64,000 bases of DNA from Acidobacteriota bacterium (GTDB lineage Bacteria; Acidobacteriota; Blastocatellia; Pyrinomonadales; Pyrinomonadaceae). The translations under genes were made by a program, and so were the position numbers. Under the pieces are notes generated by a model, which did no database searches, was not told the DNA's origin, and worked only from the letters and a program-made list of their open reading frames with translations. This document shows positions 10,446-18,925 of this stretch, piece after piece. How positions within the stretch are numbered: the first letter of the stretch is position 1; each line of letters begins with the position of its first letter. The stretch covers positions 134,123-198,122 of the forward strand of contig JANORS010000005.1 of the NCBI GenBank assembly GCA_031415455.1, given 5' to 3'.

Positions 10446-10497
10446 GACATTTTGTCACACTTATTTTTTTACAAGACATTTTGTCGGACATTTTGTC
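10446..10497 (+). promoter_or_regulatory. Three copies of the palindrome GACATTTTGTC (GACA-N3-TGTC), a candidate enhancer (UAS) for the adjacent sigma-54 activator
   Basis: Identical 11-mers at 10446-10456, 10475-10485 and 10487-10497, about 85-140 nt upstream of the sigma-54-type promoter. Confidence 0.5.
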
Positions 10498-10582
10498 ACC
10501 ACTAAAAAGCTCTTTAATTATAAATTAGCTTTAAACCTATTATTATCAATACTTATAATATAAATTTTTTGCGTTAATTGTT

Positions 10583-10597
10583 TGGCACACTTCTTGT
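10583..10597 (+). promoter_or_regulatory. Sigma-54-type (-24/-12) promoter
   Basis: TGGCACACTTCTTGT versus consensus TGGCAC-N5-TTGC. The GG and the spacing are exact. The -12 element reads GT instead of GC. Confidence 0.45.
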
Positions 10598-10607
10598 AAT
10601 AGATAAT

Positions 10608-10836
10608 TATGTAATTGGTTGAAAAAATCAGTTGCACCCAAAATTTAACAACATTTGGTTTTGCTAGGGTCGGGGGAACTTAGTAAAACCAAATAACGCA
10701 AACGAAAGTTTGCATTTGGGTTACACGTGGTTGTGAGGTTGGGGGTAGCCAAACATCCGCTGGCTCAGTTTCAAAACTTTTGTAATGAAATTGAGCAACC
10801 TTTTTATGACGAGATTGAAAAATCTCGTCTTTTTTG
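10608..10836 (+). ncRNA. Putative sigma-54-dependent structured RNA (a free sRNA or an attenuating leader of the kinase operon)
   Basis: No ORF of 60 aa or more. Nested helices: 10657-10666/10681-10690 (10 bp), GCAAAC-GAAA-GTTTGC 10698-10713 (GNRA tetraloop), ACCCAAA 10636-42 / TTTGGGT 10715-21, 10764-10773/10786-10795 (10 bp), GGTTG 10729-33 / CAACC 10796-800. It ends in an intrinsic terminator. Confidence 0.35.
10808..10836 (+). terminator. Rho-independent terminator
   Basis: GACGAGAT-tgaaaa-ATCTCGTC followed by TTTTTT. Confidence 0.7.
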
Positions 10837-10864
10837 TGTTTTACACTATAATCAAAAATAATTT

Positions 10865-12874
10865 ATGATTGACTCGAATATAGAACCAAATTTGAAATCA
10901 AGCCTTAATCGAAATGAGTTAATTCTTCATTCAGCTGGAGAAGGAATTTGTGGAATAGATATTGATGGAAAAATTTCATTTGCAAATCCTGCTGCTACTG
11001 AAATTTTAGGTTGGAAAGATAAAAATTTTGTTGGTTTTTCTTATCGAAGCGTATTTTTTGGTTTTAATGAAGATCATTATGACGATTTAACTTTTTCTCC
11101 AATTGAATTTGCGTTATTTGACGGCGAATCGTCTCAAGTAAGTTCTGAAACCTTTTGTCGCCACGATAATTCGACGTTTTTAGTTGAATACATTTGCGTT
11201 CCGTTAATAGAAAACAAAAAAATAATTGGTGCGGTTGTTACGTTTCAAGACATAAATGAAAGAAGCGACATTGAAGCCGCAATTTCTGAAGCTCGCGATG
11301 CTGCATTAGAATCTGCACGAACAAAAATGGCATTTTTGGCTAATATGAGTCATGAAATTCGCACACCATTAAATGGAATAATTGGAATGTCAGGCTTTCT
11401 TGTGAATACAAAACTCATGCCTGAACAACTTCATTATGCCAACGTAATAAAAAATAGTGCTGAGTTTTTACTTCAAATCGTGAACGAAATTTTAGATTTT
11501 TCTAAAATCGAAGCCGGAAAATTGCAACTAGAAATTACTCATTTTAATCTTCGAGATTTAGTTTCGGGAATTATCGAATTTTTTAAATCAGAAGCGAGAA
11601 AAAAAGGACTAAATCTTCGTTTAGAAATGCAGGAAAATTTTGCTTTTGAAGTTTTAGGCGATTCAAACAGATTGCGTCAAGTTCTTAATAATTTGATTTC
11701 AAACGCCATAAAATTTACTGAAAATGGTGAAATTATTTTGAAGCTAGAATTACAAAATAAACACTCTGATGTAAGACAAGAAGTAAAGTTTAGCGTTTCT
11801 GATACAGGAATTGGAATCTTAAAAGATAAACAAGACTTTCTTTTTGAGCCATTTATGCAAGCTGATATTTCTACAACTCGCAAGTTTGGCGGAACCGGTC
11901 TAGGCTTGGCAATTTCCAAACAGCTTGTAAATATGATGGGCGGAGAAATTGGTGTTGAAAGCGAAATTGAAAAAGGTTCTGTTTTTTGGTTTTATGTTCC
12001 GCTAGAATTTGTGGATGAAAATGTAAATAATGAAACAGACTTTATAAAGTCAAATAAAACTATTTCACTTCATAGTGTCACATTAAATTCGCAATATTCG
12101 TTTGCTGGAAACAGAATTTTGATTGCAGAAGATAACGACATTAACCGGCAAGTTGCAATTGGAATGTTAAAGAAATTTGGTGTAGAAATTGACTTGGCAA
12201 AAAATGGATATGAAGCAATCGAAAAATTTAAAATTGGCAATTACGACTTAATATTAATGGATTGCCAAATGCCGGAAATAGATGGATTTCAAGCAACAAG
12301 AGAAATTAGAAAATTAGAAAACAAGGGGAAAAAAGTAATTATTATTGCGATGACTGCAAGCGTTTTAGAAATTGAAAAAGAAAAATGTCTCGTCAGCGGA
12401 ATGGACAACTTTCTTGGCAAACCATTTTCAGTCAATGATTTAGAAGATATTTTGATAAAGTATCTTGTTCCGCAAACAAAAATACTTGACTCAAACACGT
12501 CATTCGTTCAACATTACTTCAGTAGAATTTTAGAAGAAAATGCACTTGCAAATTTAATTGCAATTGAAGAAGGCGGCGAAAAGAATTTTGTTGTTGAAAC
12601 ATTAAATTTATACTTTGAGCAAGCCAATTTAACACTTGTAGAAATTGAAAATTCAATTAACGATAAAGACGTTGAAAACTTGATTCGAAAAGCTCATCTT
12701 TTGCGTGGAAGTAGCGGAAGTGTTGGGTTTACAAAGATTTTTCAACTTAGTTCTACTCTTGAAGACTCTGCAGAAATGCTCAAATGGAATAATTTGGGCG
12801 AAATTTATAAAGAAATAACTGACGAAGTTATTAAATCTCAAAAAGTAATTGCAGATTTTAAATTACTTCATTAA
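10865..12874 (+). CDS. Hybrid sensor histidine kinase (PAS, HisKA, HATPase, REC, HPt)
   Basis: H-box MSHEIRTPLNGI, N-box LISNAIKFT, G-boxes DTGIGI and GGTGLGLAI, receiver LILMDCQMPEIDG, HPt AHLLRGSSGSVG. Confidence 0.9.
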   Translation: MIDSNIEPNLKSSLNRNELILHSAGEGICGIDIDGKISFANPAATEILGWKDKNFVGFSYRSVFFGFNEDHYDDLTFSPIEFALFDGESSQVSSETFCRHDNSTFLVEYICVPLIENKKIIGAVVTFQDINERSDIEAAISEARDAALESARTKMAFLANMSHEIRTPLNGIIGMSGFLVNTKLMPEQLHYANVIKNSAEFLLQIVNEILDFSKIEAGKLQLEITHFNLRDLVSGIIEFFKSEARKKGLNLRLEMQENFAFEVLGDSNRLRQVLNNLISNAIKFTENGEIILKLELQNKHSDVRQEVKFSVSDTGIGILKDKQDFLFEPFMQADISTTRKFGGTGLGLAISKQLVNMMGGEIGVESEIEKGSVFWFYVPLEFVDENVNNETDFIKSNKTISLHSVTLNSQYSFAGNRILIAEDNDINRQVAIGMLKKFGVEIDLAKNGYEAIEKFKIGNYDLILMDCQMPEIDGFQATREIRKLENKGKKVIIIAMTASVLEIEKEKCLVSGMDNFLGKPFSVNDLEDILIKYLVPQTKILDSNTSFVQHYFSRILEENALANLIAIEEGGEKNFVVETLNLYFEQANLTLVEIENSINDKDVENLIRKAHLLRGSSGSVGFTKIFQLSSTLEDSAEMLKWNNLGEIYKEITDEVIKSQKVIADFKLLH

Positions 12875-12901
12875 ACACTTACTAATTAGGGGAATAATCC
12901 T

Positions 12902-13471
12902 ATGAAAGCTGAAATAAAAAAGCAAAACACAACAAATGAGCTAGCTGAAGACGGAAATATTGACAAAATTCGCGATATTCTTTTTGGAGTTCATTTACGA
13001 GATTCTGATCGCAAATTTGGTCGAATTGAAGACAGATTGGTTAAAGAGATTTCTGAAATTCGTGATGACACACGAAAAAGACTTGATGAACTTCAGGTTT
13101 TTATTCAAAGTGAAATAAAATCATTGACTGAAAGATTAATTAATGAGCAAACAACCCGTAATGATGCTATTTCAAACGTCACAAACGAGTTAAAAGATTT
13201 ATCGCAAAATGTTGACAAAAAAGTTCTCATTGTAAACGAGCAAATCGCCAAAAACGAAAGTGAATTGCGACAACAAATTTTAACTCAATCGAAAACTTTG
13301 TCAGAAGAAATTCAGAAACGAAGTAGCGATATGTTGCAATCTCTTGACCGCGATGCTTCTGAGTTACGCGAAGACAAAGCAGATCGTGTTGCACTTGCTC
13401 AAATGTTTTCGGATATGGCTTTGCGTTTAACCAACGATTTTAAATTTCCGGCAAATTTGAGCAACGACTAA
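12902..13471 (+). CDS. Coiled-coil protein of unknown function
   Basis: 189 aa, heptad-rich and charged, no TM helix. SD AGGGGA lies upstream. Its N-terminal IRDILFG..RIEDRL motif resembles the N-terminus of the next gene. Confidence 0.55.
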   Translation: MKAEIKKQNTTNELAEDGNIDKIRDILFGVHLRDSDRKFGRIEDRLVKEISEIRDDTRKRLDELQVFIQSEIKSLTERLINEQTTRNDAISNVTNELKDLSQNVDKKVLIVNEQIAKNESELRQQILTQSKTLSEEIQKRSSDMLQSLDRDASELREDKADRVALAQMFSDMALRLTNDFKFPANLSND

Positions 13472-13495
13472 TCTTTTGATTCGCATATTTTTAAG

Positions 13496-15289
13496 ATGAA
13501 ATCAAAAAGTTTGCAACAAGAAAAAGTTGAGCGAATTTTAGAATCTGAAAATACTTCTGATTCTTCGTTTACTGGCGAAGCATTAAAAAACAATGCCGAG
13601 ACTGCTGAATTTGATGAATTTGGCAGTTTGCGGCTTCTTCTTTTATCTCAAGAACAAAGTAAAATCTCGCAATTAGAAGCAAAAGTCAAAACTTTGCAAT
13701 CTCAGCTTGATACTCTTCCGCCAGCTTCAAGCGATGAAGTTTCTGACGTTTTGCCGAAAGCAATTAAGCAAAGAAATAAGATTGATAACCAACTTTCAAA
13801 GGCAACTTTGCCAATTGTTGTCGATAATATTCGCCAATCAGTTAAAGAAAATCCGCAAATACTAGCCGAAGCATTGTTTCCGGCAATTGGTCCGTCAATT
13901 CGTAAAGCGATTGCGGATGCACTTGCGACAATGGTTCAATCTTTGAATCAAACGATTGAATATAGTTTTAGTCCGCGAAGTATAAAATGGCGTTTAGAAG
14001 CGTTTCAAACCGGAAAATCATTTGCTGAAGTAGTTTTAATTAAAACACTTCTCTATCGTGTCGAAGAAATTTTTTTGATTCATAAAGAAACCGGTTTATT
14101 GGTTCAACACGTTTCTGCAAATATTGGAACAGGACAAGATGCCGATATGGTTTCGGCAATGCTGACGGCGATTCAAGATTTTGTGAGAGATTCTTTTTCA
14201 AACTCAGCGGATGCAAACCTCGACACATTAACGCTCGGCGAACTTTCTGTTTGGATTGAAAGATCACAAGATCTTCTTTTTGCGGCAGTAATTAGAGGAA
14301 ATGCTCCGCTTAGTTTGCGTGAAAAATTTCAAACGAGTTTGGAAGAAATTGTAATTGATCAAGAAGAAGAAATAAATAATTTTCAAGGTGAAGTTGATTC
14401 GTTTGAACGAAGTCGTCCTGTTTTGCAAGAATGTTTGCAATATCAACTTGGAAGTGAAAATCAAAGTCGCGGACTGCTTACGCCTTTTAATTTTGGTTTA
14501 GCTTTTTTAAGTCTATTATTGTGTGTCGTCGGAATATTTTGGTTTGTTGATTACTGGCGTTGGACAAGTTATATTTCGGATTTGAAAACCCAAAAAGGAA
14601 TTGTTGTCACTGAAACAGAACGAGGTTGGTTTCATCATTCAGTTGAAGGACTTCGCGATCCGTCAGCTATCGATCCGATTAACTTGTTGAAAACACATAG
14701 TTTAAATAGTGAAAAAACTTACTCACGTTGGGAAGAATATCAGTCTTCTAATCCAGAAATTGTTTTGAAACGTGCAAATGCTCTACTAAATCCGCCTAAA
14801 AATGTTTCTTTAACTTTTGCAGATGGAGTTCTTTTAATTAGTGGAAACGCCACAAAACAATGGATTGATAACGCAAAATTAGTTGCAAACGCAATTGTTG
14901 GAATTAAAGAAGTAAGAGCAAATAGTGTCTCTCTTTATGATTTGAAAGAAAAACTTGAGTCTTTAAATGTAATTTTTGTTTGTAATAGTGTTAACTATGA
15001 AAAAGATCAAAACCAAGTTATTTCAATCATTGCAAATCAAGTTTCTGAACTTAAAAATGTTGCAAATACACAAAATGTAAACCTTCGATTTGAAAGCCGC
15101 GGCAATGCAGACGGAAAAGGTTCAACAGACACCAATAATAAAATTAGTTTAAAACGTGCAGAGAAATTGGCTGACTCTGTTCGCAGTATTTTACCTGATT
15201 TAAAAGATCTAGAAATAAAACCAAACGGAATTGGAGTAACTGAAAAAGTTGGTTGCTCAGCAAGTATTAAGGCAACTTTAGAGCAATGA
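13496..15289 (+). CDS. Membrane-spanning protein: coiled coil, Roadblock/LC7-like segment, TM helix, BON-like and OmpA/MotB-like C-terminal domains
   Basis: 597 aa. Central segment ETGLLVQHVS..DADMVSAMLTAIQDFVRDSF..LGELSVWIERSQDLLFAAVIRG. TM helix FGLAFLSLLLCVVGIFWFV. BON-like LLISGNATKQWIDNAKLVANAIVGIKEV. OmpA-like RGNADGKGSTDTNNKISLKRAEKLADSV. Confidence 0.55.
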   Translation: MKSKSLQQEKVERILESENTSDSSFTGEALKNNAETAEFDEFGSLRLLLLSQEQSKISQLEAKVKTLQSQLDTLPPASSDEVSDVLPKAIKQRNKIDNQLSKATLPIVVDNIRQSVKENPQILAEALFPAIGPSIRKAIADALATMVQSLNQTIEYSFSPRSIKWRLEAFQTGKSFAEVVLIKTLLYRVEEIFLIHKETGLLVQHVSANIGTGQDADMVSAMLTAIQDFVRDSFSNSADANLDTLTLGELSVWIERSQDLLFAAVIRGNAPLSLREKFQTSLEEIVIDQEEEINNFQGEVDSFERSRPVLQECLQYQLGSENQSRGLLTPFNFGLAFLSLLLCVVGIFWFVDYWRWTSYISDLKTQKGIVVTETERGWFHHSVEGLRDPSAIDPINLLKTHSLNSEKTYSRWEEYQSSNPEIVLKRANALLNPPKNVSLTFADGVLLISGNATKQWIDNAKLVANAIVGIKEVRANSVSLYDLKEKLESLNVIFVCNSVNYEKDQNQVISIIANQVSELKNVANTQNVNLRFESRGNADGKGSTDTNNKISLKRAEKLADSVRSILPDLKDLEIKPNGIGVTEKVGCSASIKATLEQ

Positions 15290-15789
15290 TAAACAAAAAA
15301 ATATGTATGTTAGGTGCTTCGGGAGTGGGCAAAACGAGTCTTGTTCAGCGTTTTGTGCGGAGCATTTATTCGGGCAAATATCATATGACAATTGGAGTCA
15401 AGATTGATAAAAAACAGATTTCAGTTGCCGGTGAAGACGTTACTTTGATGCTTTGGGATCTTCAAGGTGAAGATGAAGAATTCAAAATTCGTCCATCCTT
15501 TTTACGCGGAGCATCAGGATATTTTTTGGTTGTCGATTCCACTCGTCATGAAACTTTAATTAACGCATTTGCTATTCAAAAAATGATTGAAACCGAACTT
15601 GGCAATGAAATACCTTTCGTTGCCTTGTTTAATAAATCTGATCTTACAGAGAATATTCAAATTTCTGCCGATGAATTTCAAGAATTTGAAAATCAAGGCT
15701 GGCAAATTATGAATACAAGTGCGAAAACCGGCGAAATGGTTGAAGAATCTTTTATTGAATTAACAAAGAAAATCCTCAAAATTTCTTGA
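15286..15789 (+). CDS. Ras/Rab-like small GTPase (prokaryotic Ras superfamily)
   Basis: 167 aa. G1 GASGVGKT, switch-I Thr in YHMTIGV, G3 WDLQGED, G4 NKSD, G5 TSAKTG. ATGA start/stop overlap with the upstream gene. Confidence 0.8.
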   Translation: MINKKICMLGASGVGKTSLVQRFVRSIYSGKYHMTIGVKIDKKQISVAGEDVTLMLWDLQGEDEEFKIRPSFLRGASGYFLVVDSTRHETLINAFAIQKMIETELGNEIPFVALFNKSDLTENIQISADEFQEFENQGWQIMNTSAKTGEMVEESFIELTKKILKIS

Positions 15790-15798
15790 ATTTTTCAA

Positions 15799-15827
15799 TT
15801 TGCACGGCGTAACAGATTTTATTACAA
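15799..15827 (+). promoter_or_regulatory. Sigma-70-type promoter for the tRNA
   Basis: TTGCAC-17 nt-TACAAT, about 18 nt upstream of the tRNA 5' end. Confidence 0.4.
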
Positions 15828-15844
15828 TAGCTGAGCGATAAACT

Positions 15845-15917
<73 letters not shown>

Positions 15918-16025
15918 TTTCCTAATTTCCCCATCTGCATTATTTATACAAAGTCTTGCTTTTGTCATTGTCAAACCGTTACACTAACAATGTAAACAAA
16001 TTATCAAGCATTTTTTCTTAACGTT

Positions 16026-16460
16026 ATGAACCTGCCAAGATTATTAATTTTTGTCTCAATTTTATTAGCTTTGTTCGGTTCATTTCCTCAATACTTTAGT
16101 AATACTGAAGTTATTGCAAGTGAAATTAGAAAATGTGCAATACCTAATTTTATTGAAGCAAAGAAGCAAGCAACGGCAATTTTTGTTGGAAAAATAATTT
16201 CTGAGAGTGAAACGTCTAATAGTAAAACTTATAAATTTAAGGTTGAGAAATATTGGAAGGGGAAAAAGTCTAAAACCGTTTTTATCAACGTAAATGAAAG
16301 TAGTCGTTTTCAATCTTGGTTTGAAGTTGGGAAAAAGTATTTAGTTTTTGCTGCCGTAAGCGAAAATAAAGAATTATTTGTTGGAAGATGTTCGAGAAGT
16401 AGTGATGTTGAGAGTGCTAAAAATGACATAAAGTCTCTTGGCAAAGCAAAGAAATCTTAA
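16026..16460 (+). CDS. Secreted hypothetical protein
   Basis: 144 aa with an N-terminal signal-like helix. No recognisable catalytic motif. Confidence 0.45.
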   Translation: MNLPRLLIFVSILLALFGSFPQYFSNTEVIASEIRKCAIPNFIEAKKQATAIFVGKIISESETSNSKTYKFKVEKYWKGKKSKTVFINVNESSRFQSWFEVGKKYLVFAAVSENKELFVGRCSRSSDVESAKNDIKSLGKAKKS

Positions 16461-16491
16461 AGTAAAATTTAAGTTAGGAGATAAGTTTTAA

Positions 16492-18474
16492 ATGAAAAAT
16501 GTAAAGTTTTTAATAAGTTCGCTAATCATTTCTTTGATTCTCGCGAGTGTTGTTTTTGGTCAAGGTGTTGCTTCGCCGCTAACTATTCGTTTGCAAACAG
16601 TTACGAGTGGATTATCACTTCCTATTCTAGTGACAAACGCCAAAGACGGAACAAAACGGCTTTTTGTGGTCCAACAACGCGGTATTATCAAAGTAATTCA
16701 GCCTGGTTCTAATGTGAATACTGATTTTATGAATATCGCTTCAAAAGTCAGTTCGTCAGGTAGTGAACGTGGACTTCTCGGACTTGCTTTTCATCCAAAT
16801 TTTTCAACTAATAGTTATTTTTTCGTCAATTACACTCGACAATCTGATGGAGCGACAATAATTGCCCGCTATACGGCGACAAATGGCAACACACTCGGCG
16901 ACCCAAACAGCGAAGTTATTCTAATGACAATTGGGCAACCGTTTTCTAATCATAATGGCGGAAACATAGTGTTTGGTCCAGACGGACATTTATATATTGG
17001 AATGGGTGATGGCGGTTCGGCAAATGATCCGGGTGCAAGATCGCAAAACATTAATGATTTACTCGGAAAAATGCTGCGAATTACACCAAGTGTTGCGGCT
17101 GTTCCACCAGTTCCGGCTTACACAAACCCGAGCGATAACCCTTACGTTGGAATCGCCGGAGCCGACGAAATATACGCAATTGGTTTAAGAAATCCGTGGC
17201 GTTGGTCGTTCGATCGTGGCGGAACAAACCAATTATATGCCGGTGATGTTGGGCAAGATGCAATAGAAGAAGTGGATATTATCACAAAAGGCGGAAACTA
17301 CGGCTGGAGAGTTTACGAAGGTAATTCTTGCACAAACCTCGATCCGGGTCTTTGCACTCCGGCGAATTACACATTACCGATACTTCAATATAGCCATTCA
17401 GGATCAAGATTTTCTATCACAGGTGGTTATGTTTACCGCGGAAATCTTGGAACAATTCCAAATGGAAATTATCTTTATGCAGATTACAGCTCAGGCGAAA
17501 TATTTATGCATAACGGAACCTCTCAATCTGTTTTATTGGATTTACCAACATTGGTTTCTTCTTTTGGTGAAGATGAAGACGGGGAAATTTACGTTTGTAA
17601 TTATAATTTTACAGCCGGTGCAAGCTCCGTATCAAAAATAGTCAGAGCCAAAGCAAATTCCGATTTTGATGGCGATTTTAGAACTGATTATTCTGTATTT
17701 CGCTCATCAAATAATTTTTGGTATGCGAATAATACTTCAAATAACACAATAAAATATCAACAATTTGGTGCTTCGGGCGACATTCTTACACCAGAAGATT
17801 TCGATGGCGATAATATTACTGATGTTGCAGTTTTTCGTCCTTCTGCTGGTTTCTGGTATGCGTTAAGAAGCAGCAACAACACACTTTCTGCAACAGGTTG
17901 GGGACAAAATGGAGATACACCAATTGCGGCTGATTATGACGGCGACGCAAAAGCCGATTGGGCAATTTTCCGCCCATCAAGCTCAACTTGGTATGTCTTA
18001 AAATCAACAAATTTGAGTTTTACATCAACTCAATTTGGAACAACCGGTGATAAACCAATTCCCGGAGACTTTGATGGCGATGGCAAGTTTGATTTAGCTG
18101 TTTTCAGACCAAGCACCGGCAATTGGAATTGGATTCAAAGCACAAATGCGACATTGCGAACATTTCAATTTGGTATTAGCACTGACATTCCGGTTCCTGG
18201 CGATTACGACAACGACAGTCGCACAGACATCGCAGTTTACCGCAGTGGAACTTGGTATATTCAGCGTTCAACAAACGGTTTCTTAGGCACCCAATTTGGA
18301 ATTGCAGAAGACATTCCAACAGTTGGCGATTATGATGGCGATGGAATTGACGACCTCGCGGTATGGCGACCAAGCGTCGGAAATTGGTATGTCAGCCGAA
18401 GCACGGGCGGATTTGTCGGCTTCAATTTCGGTTCGACCGGAGACGTTCCCGTTCCGGCTTATGATGTTCCTTAA
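16492..18474 (+). CDS. PQQ-dependent sugar (glucose/sorbosone) dehydrogenase-like beta-propeller fused to six FG-GAP/VCBS-like repeats
   Basis: Signal peptide. ERGLLGLAFHPNF, NHNGG and GLRNPWRW motifs of soluble aldose dehydrogenases. The C-terminal 270 aa is 6x D[FY]DGD..D.AVFRPS..WY. Confidence 0.75.
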   Translation: MKNVKFLISSLIISLILASVVFGQGVASPLTIRLQTVTSGLSLPILVTNAKDGTKRLFVVQQRGIIKVIQPGSNVNTDFMNIASKVSSSGSERGLLGLAFHPNFSTNSYFFVNYTRQSDGATIIARYTATNGNTLGDPNSEVILMTIGQPFSNHNGGNIVFGPDGHLYIGMGDGGSANDPGARSQNINDLLGKMLRITPSVAAVPPVPAYTNPSDNPYVGIAGADEIYAIGLRNPWRWSFDRGGTNQLYAGDVGQDAIEEVDIITKGGNYGWRVYEGNSCTNLDPGLCTPANYTLPILQYSHSGSRFSITGGYVYRGNLGTIPNGNYLYADYSSGEIFMHNGTSQSVLLDLPTLVSSFGEDEDGEIYVCNYNFTAGASSVSKIVRAKANSDFDGDFRTDYSVFRSSNNFWYANNTSNNTIKYQQFGASGDILTPEDFDGDNITDVAVFRPSAGFWYALRSSNNTLSATGWGQNGDTPIAADYDGDAKADWAIFRPSSSTWYVLKSTNLSFTSTQFGTTGDKPIPGDFDGDGKFDLAVFRPSTGNWNWIQSTNATLRTFQFGISTDIPVPGDYDNDSRTDIAVYRSGTWYIQRSTNGFLGTQFGIAEDIPTVGDYDGDGIDDLAVWRPSVGNWYVSRSTGGFVGFNFGSTGDVPVPAYDVP

Positions 18475-18550
18475 TTAATTGCCTAAACAAAATCTTATAG
18501 CAAACTATCTAGTAGGTTAATTCTTGCATCAAAATTAACCTTAACACTTA

Positions 18551-18594
18551 AGACGTAGAATTTGAGATTCAAATTCTACGTCTTTTTGTTTTGT
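18551..18594 (+). terminator. Rho-independent terminator
   Basis: Perfect 15-bp stem AGACGTAGAATTTGA / TCAAATTCTACGTCT, 3-nt loop, then TTTTTGTTTT. Confidence 0.85.
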
Positions 18595-18848
18595 AAAAAA
18601 AGGAAAAAGTTATGAAAATGAAAAAATCTCCTATGATAATTTAAGTCGCAGTTATAGAAATGTTTGGAGTTGTTTCATTTGTGAGTCCAACAATTTTTCT
18701 CAACAACATAACCGTTTCAATTAAAACGCTGCCGTATTCTCTTTAAAAAAAGATAAACTGGATCCTCAATAAGCCCCCAAAAACACCCCGATTACCTGTT
18801 TTCTGCAACAATTTTGTTTCATTTTGCAGTGCAGTGTTATAAGTCTGA

Positions 18849-18925
18849 TATGGTCTCATAAAACAGGACACAAAACTCTCTGATAAAATGACAGTCTGGG
18901 ATAATATGACAAAAAATCCAAGAAG
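18849..18925 (+). mobile_element. Solo remnant of the IS3-family left end (same sequence family as 37228-37305, opposite orientation)
   Basis: TATGGTCTCATAAAACAGGACACAAAACTCTC matches the reverse complement of 37273-37305 with 2 mismatches. A second shared block AAAAAATCCAA follows. No transposase ORF is attached. Confidence 0.4.

Noticed and set aside
10657-10760. Resemblance of GCTAGGGTCGGGG and ACACGTGG to the guanidine-I (ykkC) riboswitch core (CUAGGGUUCCG ... ACACGG.GGGA).
   Set aside because: Only short partial matches are present. The GGUCCGAGAG and GCCCGGGAGA elements are absent, and the downstream gene (a histidine kinase) is not a typical ykkC-regulated gene. It needs an Infernal search before any such call.
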